The notes below the pieces were generated by a model that worked only from the letters and a program-made list of their open reading frames with translations, was not told the DNA's origin and ran no database searches. The position numbers and the translations under genes are program-made. Shown in pieces: positions 40,421 through 52,248 of a DNA stretch of 64,000 nucleotides. Source of the stretch: Octopus vulgaris. Its lineage: Eukaryota. Location: positions 44,454,001 through 44,518,000 of the forward strand of contig OX597819.1 in the NCBI GenBank assembly GCA_951406725.2. The letters are read 5' to 3'. The first letter of the stretch is position 1. Every line of letters begins with the position of its first letter.

Positions 40421-40651
40421 GGTGGTGAGCTGGCAGAAACGTTAGTGCACCGGTCGAAATGCGTAGCCGTATTTCGTCTACCGTTAACGTTCTGAGTTCA
40501 AATTCCGCCGAGGTCGACTTTGCCTTTCATCCTTTCGGGGTCGATAAATTAAGTACCAGTTACGCACTGAGGTCGATATAATCGACTTAATCCGTTTGTC
40601 TGTCCTTGTTTGTCTCCTCTATGTTTAGTCCCTTGTGGGCAATAAAGAAAT
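40421..40651 (+). mobile_element. SINE family A, young full-length copy
   Basis: Perfect 17-bp TSD AAGAATTACATGAGAAG at 40405-40421 and 40652-40668. Confidence 0.93.
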
Positions 40652-41371
40652 AAGAATTACATGAGAAGAATTAAATGAGAGAATTACTATTCTCCGTATG
40701 TATGTGTGTGTGTGTGAGTGTGTTACGTGTGTGTGTGTGTGTGTGTGTAGTCATTCTCTTTTAAATTATTTTAATATTTTTATGAGAAAAAAAAGGTAGC
40801 TTTCGTGAAGCAAAAGTTGGCAAAAGGCAGCACAAGTATCCATCACTGATGTCATGTGACAAAAACGATGACAGTTACACGTTGAAATTTAGAAAAGTCT
40901 TGTGTATCTTTACCGCTCCACTCACAGAATACTTTCGCAAGTATGTGTTATTTGCTCACTGTATTTACAGGGAAACTTTAGCTGTTCGAGCGTTGTAAAC
41001 ACCTGAACGTAGTCAAGTACTGCAATGGTTATTACAAGAATTACTTACCTTATAATCTGAGTACAGAGGAAGTAAGCTCTCTTTCCTACTGAATTTGAAA
41101 GAAATGCTCAAATCTGCACAGTTGCTTACCTCAATGACTGTTTTCGTTTCTTAAATATCCATGGTAGCCTGTTAGATTTCTACATGTCGAAACATTTGAT
41201 GTGAATGTTACATCAATATTTCTTGAGTAAAGAGATCTGAGTTGGTTTTCGACAACATAGATATTTTCTGAATTTATCACAGAGAATTTTGTCTTTCCTG
41301 CAAATGGCATTGTAATTTTGGTTTTAGCAACATCATGCCTCATTGGAAGCTAATATCTTAATGACATCTTA

Positions 41372-41578
41372 GGGCGGCGAGCTGGCAGAATCATTAGCAC
41401 ACCGGGTGAAATGCTAAGCGGTGTTTTGTCCGTCCTTATATTCAAATTCCGCCGAAGTCGACTTTGCCTTTCATCCTTTCAGGGTCGATAAAATAAGTAC
41501 CTCTTGAGCACTTGGTCTATGTAATCGATTTACCCACTCGCCCGTAGTTGTTGGCCTTATGTTAAAATTTGAAACCAA
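41372..41578 (+). mobile_element. SINE family A, older tail variant
   Basis: GGCGGCGAGCTGGCAGAATC head, family core, tail ..AAAATTTGAAACC. Confidence 0.85.
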
Positions 41579-41609
41579 TAATTACATGTTTGGATAGTCG
41601 ATGGTTACG

Positions 41610-42290
41610 CGTAAAGTCTTCCATAAAGCTGTGACATAATCAACATTCTGGTGTCCACTGCTGTACCCACTTCTTTACAACAACTTTCACCTCGTATTTG
41701 TCATCAAATTATTCTCCTTGAAAACTGTCTTTCATTTGACCTAAAAGGCGGAAGTCGGATGGCGCTTGATCCGGATTGAATGGTAGATGGGAAACCACTG
41801 ACCAGATCCATTTACCGATTGCCTGATTTGTTGCTCGTCAAAGATGTGTGTGGTCCTGCGTGATCAAGGTGAATACGGAGCGTTTTCAAATTTTTCCTTT
41901 GACCCTTTCTTCTAATTGTTTTTCTAAGCTTTTTGGGTGCTTCAGTATATCGCTCGTTCTTTACGGTTGAACGACATTCCAGAAAATGAAAGAGGATGAC
42001 TTCTTTGTTATTCTCCCAAACACTTACCATGGCACTCTATACAGATTAGAGGATCTTGAAATTATTAGGCCTTGAAGAATAAGTATGACGCTTTCCATGG
42101 ACTTGTCTTATTTTTCTGAATTATGAAGATACAGCCACATGTTAACCCATTAACAAATCAGAAAAAAAAATTGTCTTCACTGGTTTTGAGCGCTTACAGT
42201 AGACCAAGTTTCCACCCTTTTGTCCTTCAAATGGGAGTGAACCTCTGAGATACCCACTTTGCACACACTTTCCGATACCCAAGGTCTTCT
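41610..42290 (-). pseudogene. Degenerate mariner (DD34D-type) transposase
   Basis: Minus-strand LGYRKVCAKWVS (WVPxxL motif region), MVSVWENNKEVILFHFLE..RYTEAPKKLRKTIRRK..HLDHAGPHTS (HHDNARPHT) and HLPFNPDQAPSDFRL (HPPYSPDLAPSDF). Frameshifted. Confidence 0.85.
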
Positions 42291-42319
42291 GCTATCTTCT
42301 GTAATGCATTATAACCACA

Positions 42320-42518
42320 ATCTGTCTCGCTGTGTGTGTGCACACAGATAATTATATATGTTTATACGTATTTTTCTATGAATTATATATAAGAGGTTCG
42401 TAAATCTTAGCTTATTTTAATAGCTCTGGCCACCCAGTGATTAGAACGACAGCTACACACCCTATCTTCTAATGGGTCTCCACCTTCATTCATGTGTACA
42501 TCCTAATATAATCAAGTT
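42320..42518 (+). repeat. ~200-bp dispersed direct repeat, copy 1
   Basis: Near-identical to 44467-44671. Confidence 0.9.
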
Positions 42519-42829
42519 GTTCAGTAAATCACGTACGTACGTCCATTCGGTGGCGATTCGTGTCAGTAGTTGCAGGTAATTGTCTCCTACAATGTGGCTT
42601 GTCTTTGCTGCTGGTTTCTCCTGTAAACTTCTCGCTTGATACGTGCACCTTACTCTTGACTATGGTGTCATTCCCGTGAACAATCTACAGTCTTCTCTGG
42701 ATTACGGGCATTTTGCACTTCCCCTTCAGCTAGAACACAATAAAAGTACGTTGGTCTAACTTGGAACCCATTAATTGTCTGCAATAAAAAAGAAAATGAT
42801 GAGTTACTTCAGAAAAGCATTCACATATA

Positions 42830-43200
42830 GGCGCAGGAGTGGCTGTGTGGTAAGTTGCTTGCTTACCAACCACATGGTTCCGGGTTCAGTCCCACTTCGG
42901 GCCGACCAATGCCTTGTGAGTGGATTTGGTAGACGGAAACTGAAAGAAGCCTGTCGTATATATGTATATATATGTATATATGTATGTGTGTGTATATGTT
43001 TGTGTGTCTGTGTCTGTCCCCCTAGCATTGCTTGACAACTGATGCTGGTGTGTTTATTTCCCCGTCACTTAGCGGTTCGGCAGAAGAGACCGATATAATA
43101 AGTTCTGGGCTTACAAAGAATAAGTCCCGGGGTCAATTTGCGCGACTAAAGGCGGTGCTCCAGCATGGCCGCAGTCAAATGACTGAAACAAATAAAAGAA
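42830..43200 (+). mobile_element. SINE family B with a ~35-bp internal deletion after the B box
   Basis: Aligns to the 39954 copy but lacks the GCGTGG..TATAGCC segment. Confidence 0.9.
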
Positions 43201-44321
43201 AGAAACAACAAAAAAACTCCACTAATTTGTGCAATGTTATCGACCTATATCAATTAATGCATGCATCTACCTATCTATGGTCTGTCACCGACCCTCCACA
43301 CTCATTAAGCGGGAAGTAATTCCGGTCTTCCTAACGTATAAGCAGCTGGGAGTACAATTCTTCCCCACTAAACAGGACAATCTGTCCGTCTAAATTCTGA
43401 TCTCCGAATATTTCTGCTGCTAATTTTCTGCTGAAAAAACAGTAATGACCTGTTTTAATGAAGAATATAGCGTTCCTTTCGGCTTGGAAATCGAAATCAT
43501 AATCTTAACATTATAAGTCACCCCCCCATACACATACAATACTTAATACATCATGTAGCAAAACTAAAAATCAACAAACTGTGCTAATTATCACTAATTA
43601 TTAGGCAGTCTATCAATATAAATCTTTTAAATACTATCGTAGATATGTTTGTTTAGAATTATTGCAATTCATAAAAATATATGTAGATCAAACGAGACAC
43701 TCCACAAATATTAAGGATTAAAAAATACAACCCAAATAAACAAAAAAACAAATAAACAACAAACAGTTTTCATAGTATTGATTAAATAATCCTATACAGA
43801 TATTGATTATTGATTTTTAAGAAGGCTCGCATATCTTTTGGTAGAGGACGTCACAACGGATTAATTAATCCAAAAGTTAATTATACAACAAAACATTACA
43901 AACATTAATTATTGGAATCTAGCAGTAGGAAGAGGGTGGTACAGATTGGCTACATGGTTAAAGCATACGAAAATGTTCTGGGAATTTGCGAGGCGAGTTC
44001 AAATACTGATGGGATTGAATTTGTTTTTTTACATTTCTGGGTATGACAGAAATAAATTACCTGCTGAGTACTGCCTGGTCGAGATAACCGACAGTTTCTT
44101 TACCCACATAAGTCATACGTCTGGTCTCTTAGAAGTAATAAAAGAAAAAAAAAAAAAGCAATTTATTCTATAGGCACGGTAATGGCTCTGTGAATAAGAA
44201 GGTTGCTTTGCAACCACGTGATGTCGTGTTCAGTCCCGCACTGCAGGACACCTTAGGTGTCTTCCACTATAACAATACCTGTGACAGTGAATTTAGCAAA
44301 CAGAGAGTGAAAGAAGCCCAT

Positions 44322-44398
<77 letters not shown>

Positions 44399-44466
44399 GT
44401 ATATATATATATATTACACACATACACACACTGAAATATAGATTTAATGATAAATCAATTAACTTT

Positions 44467-44671
44467 ATCTGTCTCGCTGTGTGTGTGCAAACAGATAATT
44501 ATACATATATATGTTTATACGTATTTTTGTATGAATTATGTATAAGAGGTTCGTAAAGCTTAGCTTATTTTAATAGCTCTGGCCACCCAGTGATTAGAAC
44601 GACAGCTACACACCCTATCTTCTAATGGGTCTCCACCTTCATTCATGTGTACATCCTAATATAATCAAGTT
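44467..44671 (+). repeat. ~200-bp dispersed direct repeat, copy 2
   Basis: Near-identical to 42320-42518; TAAATCAAT occurs on both sides (44451 and 44671). Confidence 0.9.
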
Positions 44672-44911
44672 AAATCAATGAAGGTACAGGAAGGTACTGT
44701 GTTCAGGCAATTAAACATACACAAACACACACACAAGTCTACATACACAAATGCATACCTCTGCATGCACGCACACATACGTTCATATGTGTCTGTATAC
44801 ATACATATATAAACACATACATACATACACACACGCACATACATTTATATACATACACACATGTACATACATATATATATACATACACACATACATACAC
44901 ATACAAATATA

Positions 44912-45003
44912 GACGCAGGAGTGGCTGTGTGGTAAGAAGTTTGCTCTCCAACTCCATGGTTCCAGGTTCAGTCCCACTGCATGGCACCTTGGGCAAATGT
45001 CTT
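44912..45003 (+). mobile_element. SINE B, 5' half (split by a 6.3-kb insertion)
   Basis: Ends ..CACCTTGGGCAAATGTCTT; the SINE resumes at 51332 with AGTGTCTTCTACTATAGCC. Confidence 0.9.
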
Positions 45004-45131
45004 CAGTGGCCCAGCAACAAAATTTACTAAGGGGGTGCAAACCCAGGTCCTAATTTTTTTAATGAAAAATCTGGATTTTTCCAATGTTAACATTAAAACA
45101 AATGCAGGTATAATAATAATTTTTATTATTA

Positions 45132-45380
45132 TGAGGGTCGGCTGAAATGTTCATAATCTGAGCAAGACACTCTCAATGGAATGTGACCAAATGAAGTTCA
45201 TTTTCTAACATAGTTCCTCTTACTGTCCACACACTTCCATTAGTAGTTGCAGTGCTTGGGTCGCACAGGTGAAGAAGCTTTTCTCTTGATCAAAATGGTC
45301 ATCAGCAACAGATAAGATGTTCTCATCATAGTGATACTGGTGCTCAGCTGAGTGTTTTTCTATGTTGGGAAACGGATGTT
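45132..45380 (-). mobile_element. Mariner 3'-end fragment
   Basis: TA-TGAGGGTCGGCTGAAA mariner-type TIR and minus-strand remnant of WxKCVDxxGxYV (WKCVDSKRNYVRK). Confidence 0.55.
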
Positions 45381-45384
45381 GTAT

Positions 45385-45737
45385 ACAATTTTAAATAGAT
45401 AACTGGAGAGTGGCTGACAAAGGTCCTACTGAGTGATGCTAGCACCACCTCAGCCTTTTTGACATTCTTAGATATGTGGTTTGTCCAATGCAGATTGTTG
45501 TTTACAATAATACCCAGAGCATGTCCACCAGAAGACTTTTTGCGATTGGTGTCGGTGAGGGATTATGTAAAAGCTGGATTTTTCCTCCCAAATTGCATGG
45601 TGACACACTTGTCTACAGAGAGCTTGAGTTGCCAGTCAGAGATCCAGTTCTGCAGTGTATCCAGATCTGATTCAGGATTGTAAAGGTTCTTTTTATTTCA
45701 AGGTGCAGCTTGGAATCATCTGCATATTTCAACACTA
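45385..45737 (-). pseudogene. CR1/L2-like LINE reverse transcriptase fragment (YADD region)
   Basis: Minus strand VLKYADDSKLHLEIK..DLDTLQNWISDWQLKLSVDKC..ALGIIVNNNLHWTNHI..LSRTF..LKLYTT. Confidence 0.85.
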
Positions 45738-47901
45738 AACTTTCCAGGAAGTTTTCGACAAAATTTCCCGGAAGTTAGAAAATCCCCGGAACTTTCCAGG
45801 AAGTTATCGACTAAATATCCCGGTAGTTAGAGAATCCTCGAAACTTCACAGGAAGTTTTCGACCATATATCCCTGAAGTTAGAAAATTCTCGGAACCTCA
45901 CAGAAAGTTTTCGAACAAGTTTCCCGGAATTTAGAAAATCCTCAGAACTTTACATGAAGTTTTCAAACAAATATCCAGTAAGTTAGAAAATCCTTGGAAC
46001 TTTCCTGAAAACTTCCGACCAAATATCCCCGAAGTTAGAAAATCCTCGGAACTTTCCTGAAAATTTCCGACCAAATATACCGAAGTTAGAAAACCCTCAG
46101 AACATTCCAGGAAAATTTCAACCAAATTTCCCGGAAGTTAGAAAACCATCGGAACTTCCAACGAAGATTTCGACGAAATTTCCCGGAAATAAGAAATCCT
46201 CGGAACTTCCCATGAAGTTTCGACGAAACTTCCCAGAAGTCAGAAAATCCTCGGAAAATCCCAGGAAATTTCCGACGAAACTTCCAGGAATTTAGAAAAT
46301 CCTCGGAACTTCCCAGGAAGTTTTCGACGAATGTTCCCGGAAGTTAGAAAACCATCGGAACTTCCCAGTAAATTTTCGACGAAAATTCCAGGAAATTAGA
46401 AAATCCTTCCCCGAAGTCAGAAAATCCTCGGAACTTCCAAGGAAGTTTTCGGCGAAATTTCCCCAAAGTCAGGAAGTTAGAAAATCCTCGGAACTTCCCA
46501 GGAAATTTTCGACCAATTTCCCCGGAAGTTAGAAAATCCTCGGAACTTCCCAGATAGTTTTCGACGAAACTTCCCGGAAGTCTGGAAATCCTTGGAACAT
46601 CCAAGGAAGTTCTCGACGAAACTTCCCGAAGGTCTGGAAATCCTTGGAACAACCAAGGAAGTTTTCGAAGAAACTTCCCGAAAGTTATAAAATACTTGGA
46701 ACTTCCCAGGAAGTTTTTGACTAAACTTCCCCGAAGTCAGAAAATCCTCGGTACTTCCCAGGAAGGTTCGAACAAATTTCACGGAAGTTAGAAAATCCTC
46801 TGATCTTCCCAGGAACTTTTCCGACGAAATTTCTCGGAAATTAGATATATTTTGGAACTTCCCAGGAAGGTTTCGATCAAGCTTCTCGAAGTTAGAAAAT
46901 CATCGGAACTTCCCGGGAAATTTTCGACGAAACTTCCCGGAAGTTAGAAAATCCTCGGAACTTCCCAGGAAGTTTTCGACGAATGTTCCCGGAAGTTAGA
47001 AAACCATCGGAACTTCCCAGTAAATTTTCGACGAAAATTCCAGGAAATTAGAAAATCCTTCCCCGAAGTCAGAAAATCCTCGGAACTTCCAAGGAAGTTT
47101 TCGGCGAAATTCCCCAAAGTCAGGAAGTTAGAAAATCCTCGGAACTTCCCAGGAAATTTTCGACCAATTTCCCCGGAAGTTAAAAAATCCTCGGAACTTC
47201 CCAGATAGTTTTCGACGAAACTTCCTGGAAGTCTGGAAATCCTTGGAACATCCAAGGAAGTTCTCGACGAAACTTCCCGAAAGTCTGGAAATCCTTGGAA
47301 CATCCAAGGAAGTTTTTGACGAAACTTCCCCGAAGTCAGAAAATCCTCGGTACTTCCCAGGAAGGTTCGAACAAATTTCACGGAAGTTAGAAAATCCTCT
47401 GATCTTCCCAGGAACTTTTCCGACGAAATTTCTCGGAAATTAGAAATATTTTGGAACTTCCCAGGAAGGTTTCGATCAAGCTTCTCGAAGTTAGAAAATC
47501 ATCGGAACTTCCCGGGAAATTTTCGACAAAACTTCCCGGAAGTTAGAAAATCCTCGGAACTTCCCAGGAAATTTTTGACCAAATTTTCCGGAAGTTAGAA
47601 CATCCTAGAAATTTCCAAGAAGTTTTCGACCAAATTCCCCGGATGTTAGAAAATCCGCGGAACTTTCCAAGAATATTCGACCAAATTTCCCGGAAGTTGG
47701 AAAATCCCCGGAGCTTTCCAGGAAATTTTTACGCAATATGCCGGAAGCTAGAAATCCTCCGAACATCCCAGGAAATTTTCGACCAAATATCGCGGAAGTA
47801 AGAAAAGCCTCGGAACTTCCCAGGAAGTTTTCGATCAAATTTCCTGGGAGTTAGAAAGTCCTCGGAACTTTCCAGAAACTTTTCGAGGAAGTTAGAAAAT
47901 T
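45738..47901. repeat. 52-bp tandem satellite (~41 monomers), consensus about GGAAGTTAGAAAATCCTCGGAACTTCCCAGGAAGTTTTCGACGAAACTTCCC
   Basis: Period read from TTAGAAAA at 46292 and 46344. Higher-order duplication offset is 652 bp (46344 vs 46996), then ~599 bp. Confidence 0.95.
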
Positions 47902-48996
47902 TAACTGAAGTTATTTTCCCAGTGAACATTCCTTGTAACCTTTCAATTTCTTCTGTGAGACTGGATGAGTATGAATATTAAAATTTAAGCAGTAATTTAT
48001 ACTGCTCTGAACTAGGGTTTTCCCTGAAAATAAAACTAACTACCGGTTCCCTTGTCATGAATATTCGTAGGATGCAGCCTATGAGTTTGTTGCATTTAAA
48101 GGTTACTTTGATAATATGTCTGATAGAAAATGCATAATTTGACATGATTACATCTAAGTCCTGTATGTCATTAGTGCTCTGAATCATTATGTTACCTTGT
48201 CTCAAATATTGCGATTTCGTTTGTAATGAAGAAGCTGAAACTTTGATGTACTAATTTTCGTATTTTTTCTTGTTTAGATCCAAGCCATCGATATTCTTGT
48301 GTAAGTCATTCCCTGATGTATACGACGTATTACAGGTATCTTAGAGAGAAATCCATTTGCAGTAATAGGTTGACTCCTACCATATAGAGAGTTAAAGAAC
48401 CATTCTCCGACTTTTCCTGTGATACCAAGATTTCCTAAATTATGACAGATGATTCCATGATCAGTCTTGTCAAACGCCTTAACAATATCAAGGTTTTAAC
48501 AGTCAATGATCTTACCCCTTAAGAGATTATTAGAGGTAGTGTTATGATGCTGTAAGAATTGTGACAGGCAACTTCGTTCAGTCCGAAACCTATACCGAGT
48601 GTCATCTAAGTTGTTTTCCTCCAGGTATGTTATTACTTTTTGTCTTCGGACAAGGCATTGGATAATTTTAGACGTGTAAGACGTGAGGGAAACAGGTCTG
48701 TAATTTTTAGCTTCAGCACTGCTACCTCCCTTGTACCTATATAGGTTTTATTATAACTTCTTTCAATAGTCTCGGGAATATGGCGGTATCTGACGACTTT
48801 TGAAACAGTACCTTTAATGACTTCATGAGGTGTTTTTTGCATGTTTTTAGCAATATAACCGGAATACTATTTGGTACAGATGCTGAGTTTGGGCCTAAAT
48901 CATTAATAGCCGCAAGTATATCAACTTCCATGATATTAATTTTAAGTTGTGTCTCTGCACTTGAGTTGTGGGATCAAAGAATTCGCTTGGATTATG
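47902..48996 (-). pseudogene. Old CR1/L2-like LINE ORF2, RT region (decayed)
   Basis: EVDILAAINDLGPNSASVPNSIPVILLKTCK..LFQKSSDTAIFP, RSCLSQFL, DIVKAFDKTDHGI..LGITGKVGEW and IGCILRIFMTRE; many stops and frameshifts. Confidence 0.85.
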
Positions 48997-50071
48997 CACG
49001 GGGCTGCGATACGGATAGAGAATGCGGCCTTCCGCCTGTTGAAACGAAAGTGTTGGGGATAGAGTTTGCGATCATGCCCACGCAGACCTCTATCCGGCGC
49101 AGGGGTGAAAATCTCCGCAAATGGTAGGCTTACATGTCCGTTGAATATGTTGAAAGTCGGATGAGATCTCCCTGCATCCTCCGTCGTTTGAGTGAAGGCA
49201 ATACCAGCCGTCGGAGATGTTCCTCTTACGCAAGCTTAGACAAGCCCGCGCCCATTCGGGTAGCCACGTGCTGAACCCATTCCAGGTGCTGAATGTCTTT
49301 CTGGAGATATGGGTTTGAGGTATGGATGTAATATTCAAGGATGGGTCGAACTAGAGTGATATATACAGGCCAAAAGACGTCCATTGAAAGGTTAGCAAAG
49401 GATCGTTGGATGAGGAAAAGATTCCTTCTGGCTTTGTTCGCCGCCTCGATACCCTGCCGTGGCAGTTTGAAAGTAGTATCGATCATTATGCTGAGATCCT
49501 TTTCTTCAGTGACCATCTTAAGATGTTGATGTTTGTGGCCAATAGTCAAGGGAGAGTTTGGAGGTGAACCTATTGGCAAATGGCTGCATTTTGTGGCGTT
49601 CAAGTTCAGATTCCATTCTTCCGCCCAATTCCAAGCTCGGTTCAGCGACAATTGGGGTATGTCGTATTGATTCCCAGGTGAGACGAGTTTGACGTCGTCT
49701 GCAAATAGGAGAACTCTTCCATCAAGAAAATCTGACAGGTCGTTGATATAGAGAAGGAAAAGTATTTGCCCCAGCACCGACCCCTGGGGAACGCCGTTGC
49801 ATGCATTCGTCTCCGCTGAGAGATCTCTATTTATCTGCACCCAAAAGGTGCGATAGCTCAGGAAGGAAGAAATCCACAAAGTCAACAATGGATGAATCTT
49901 GAATGCTCGAAGTTTGCGCAAGATAAGTCAGTGATTAACGGAGTCAAATGCCTTTGCGAAGTCCAAAAATACCACGCCCACCAAGTCTTTTGCACCCATG
50001 GTCCTTGTAATCCATTCTTCAAGAAGGAGAAGATTTGTTAGGCAAGATCTTCAGGGTAGAAATCCATGCTG
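48997..50071 (-). pseudogene. Younger CR1/L2/Jockey-group LINE RT fragment, truncated at both ends
   Basis: QHGFLP*RSCLTNLL..VFLDFAKAFDSVNH*, GVPQGSVLGQILFLLYINDL..LLFADDVKL, YITLVRPILEY and RRKAAFSIRI; 231-aa open stretch at 49226-49921. Confidence 0.93.
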
Positions 50072-50560
50072 CTAGTCGGATATTTCTTTGTACCATATAC
50101 AGATAATTGTATAATGCTTTGGTTGGAAATAGCTGTGGGAATGACATGAACATTGAGAATAAAAACAAAGTCGAGTATGCTGTTTTCCCCTAATTGGACA
50201 GGTAATAATTTGTTGTATGGGAAAGTCTTTTGTTGTATCGAGGAAAGTATTCATATCCCTCCACATCAGTTGCTTGGTTCCAGGCTGGATATAATTCTCG
50301 GACCAGCTAAGATTAGTAAAATTAAAGACCCCTGTTAAAAGCATATTCGCCTGTGTGCTGGCCTCAGCTAAGGTTAGACTTGTGAGTAAAAAAAGCACCT
50401 CTGAAGTGATCTTCGTGATTAACCGCGTCAGGATGACGGTAGCTAATGCTTTTAATATCATTTCCTTTTTATATAAATTAGTCTGAAATTGTTCTTTGCA
50501 AATTTCTTTGCAAATTAGGTAATTTCAGGGTTGGTCTGCAATCATTTATAGTTAAATGTT
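50072..50560 (-). pseudogene. APE endonuclease remnant of the old LINE
   Basis: LLTGVFNFTNLSW (GDFNxPxIxW) and QQIITCPIRG (QxVxxPTRG) motifs. Confidence 0.65.
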
Positions 50561-50606
50561 TCCTTTCAAAATCTTTTTTTTTTTATTAAACTGGACTAGT
50601 ATTTCG

Positions 50607-50685
50607 AATGAGCAATAAGTATCAAAGCATTTAACAATGAGCATTAAATATCAAAGCATTTAACAATGAGCATTAAATATCAAAG
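50607..50685. repeat. 29-bp tandem repeat, ~2.7 copies
   Basis: AATGAGCATTAAATATCAAAGCATTTAAC units start at 50607, 50636 and 50665. Confidence 0.9.
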
Positions 50686-51331
50686 ATAAAAATAAATCAT
50701 TTTGTTCTCTTGTCAAACTTTAGACCTAACAACCTAAATGAGAAAACCGATATGACTGAAAGAACTTTTAAAGGGCTTTTATTTTTAGGCTGAGGTGAAA
50801 CAGTCGAATCCATTCAACCATGTCGTCAGTCTTTAGCAACATCAACTACAAAGAACTTGAGAGAGGTGACAGACTGAGAGAGGACAAGAACCTTCACACA
50901 TTTTCAGCATTGCAAGATTTTGGAGTTATTTTTGTCAGAATAGAGCTGTCTTCAAGAATCCAAGTAATGCTATGTATTGAAGAGTAGCCGTAGATGCTGG
51001 TCATATTGTTGTTCTTGTTGTTTGGTTCTACTGTTGTCGTTGTCACATACTTTTTATTTTGATGCTACTTTGCTTCAGAAGTTGGTTAGTCATAAATTCC
51101 CTTGGGAATTTTAAGCCCAGCTTCATCACTTTTATTTATTTATTTTTGTTCTTTGTTTTTGCTTTGAAACGAAATCTAGCTTCAAGCATCTTATACAGAT
51201 AATTTTTTAGACACTATTTTCGGAAACTGGTAAAATTATGTAGGGGGGTGCAAATTTTGATCTTGCACCACCTGAAAATTCCAAAGAGTGCAGGTGCACC
51301 TGCTGCCCCCCCCCCTGTTCCCGGGCTCTTG

Positions 51332-51426
51332 AGTGTCTTCTACTATAGCCTTGAACCGACCAAAACCTTATGAGTGGATTTGGTAGACAGAAACTGAAAG
51401 AATCCCGTCGTATATATATATATGTA

Positions 51427-51492
<66 letters not shown>

Positions 51493-51630
51493 CCTATCAC
51501 CATCGCTTTCCAAATGATAGAATAAGTACTAGGTTTACAAAGAATAAGGTGTCTGGTCGATTTACTAGACTAAAGGCGGTGCTCCAGCGTGACCGCAGTC
51601 AAATGACTAAAACAAGTAAAAGAATAAAAA
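51332..51630 (+). mobile_element. SINE B, 3' half
   Basis: Continues the 44912 head exactly at the TSD; expanded TG tract; tail ..GACTAAAACAAGTAAAAGA. Confidence 0.9.
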
Positions 51631-51826
51631 AAGAATAAAGGAATACACACACACACACACACACTTTATATATATATATAAGCACAAACACACATACACA
51701 TGCATATATATATATATACACATGTACATATATATATATACACACACATAAACACATACGCACATATACATACATACACACACACACACGCACATATAAA
51801 TACTACACACACACACATACACACAC

Positions 51827-51871
<45 letters not shown>

Positions 51872-51964
51872 TACACACGTACATATATATATATATAGAT
51901 ACACATACGTACATTATATATATATACACACACGTACATTATATATAGATGCCCACGTACATTG

Positions 51965-52015
<51 letters not shown>

Positions 52016-52206
52016 TTAGAGACAAAACCACTATAAAATTGGATTTAATCCTAAATCTGATTTTTTCCCTGTAATTTTGGATTTATTCCCTAATATTTAT
52101 TATTATTATATATATATATAGAGAGAGAGAGAGAGAAAGGGAGAGAGAGAGATCACACACACTCATACACGCATGCATGCATACATGCATACATACATAC
52201 ACACAC

Positions 52207-52248
<42 letters not shown>

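Larger units (their letters stand above)
45004..51331. mobile_element. hAT-like TIR-bounded composite insertion (6328 bp), no transposase found
   Basis: 8-bp TSD AATGTCTT/AGTGTCTT; degenerate TIRs CAGTGGCCCAGCAACA and TGTTCCCGGGCTCTTG (11/16); subterminal GGGGGTGCAAA near both ends; interrupts a SINE precisely. Confidence 0.8.

Noticed and set aside
41040-41343. Possible minus-strand exon(s) with GTAAG donors; similar splice-like signals at ~16345-16515
   Set aside because: In-frame stops occur before the donors and there is no recognisable protein; cannot be supported without RNA-seq.
45738-47901. CRISPR-like array or repeat-protein (zinc finger/LRR) exon
   Set aside because: No unique spacers or cas genes, eukaryotic context; the 52-bp period breaks frame and there is no C2H2 pattern.
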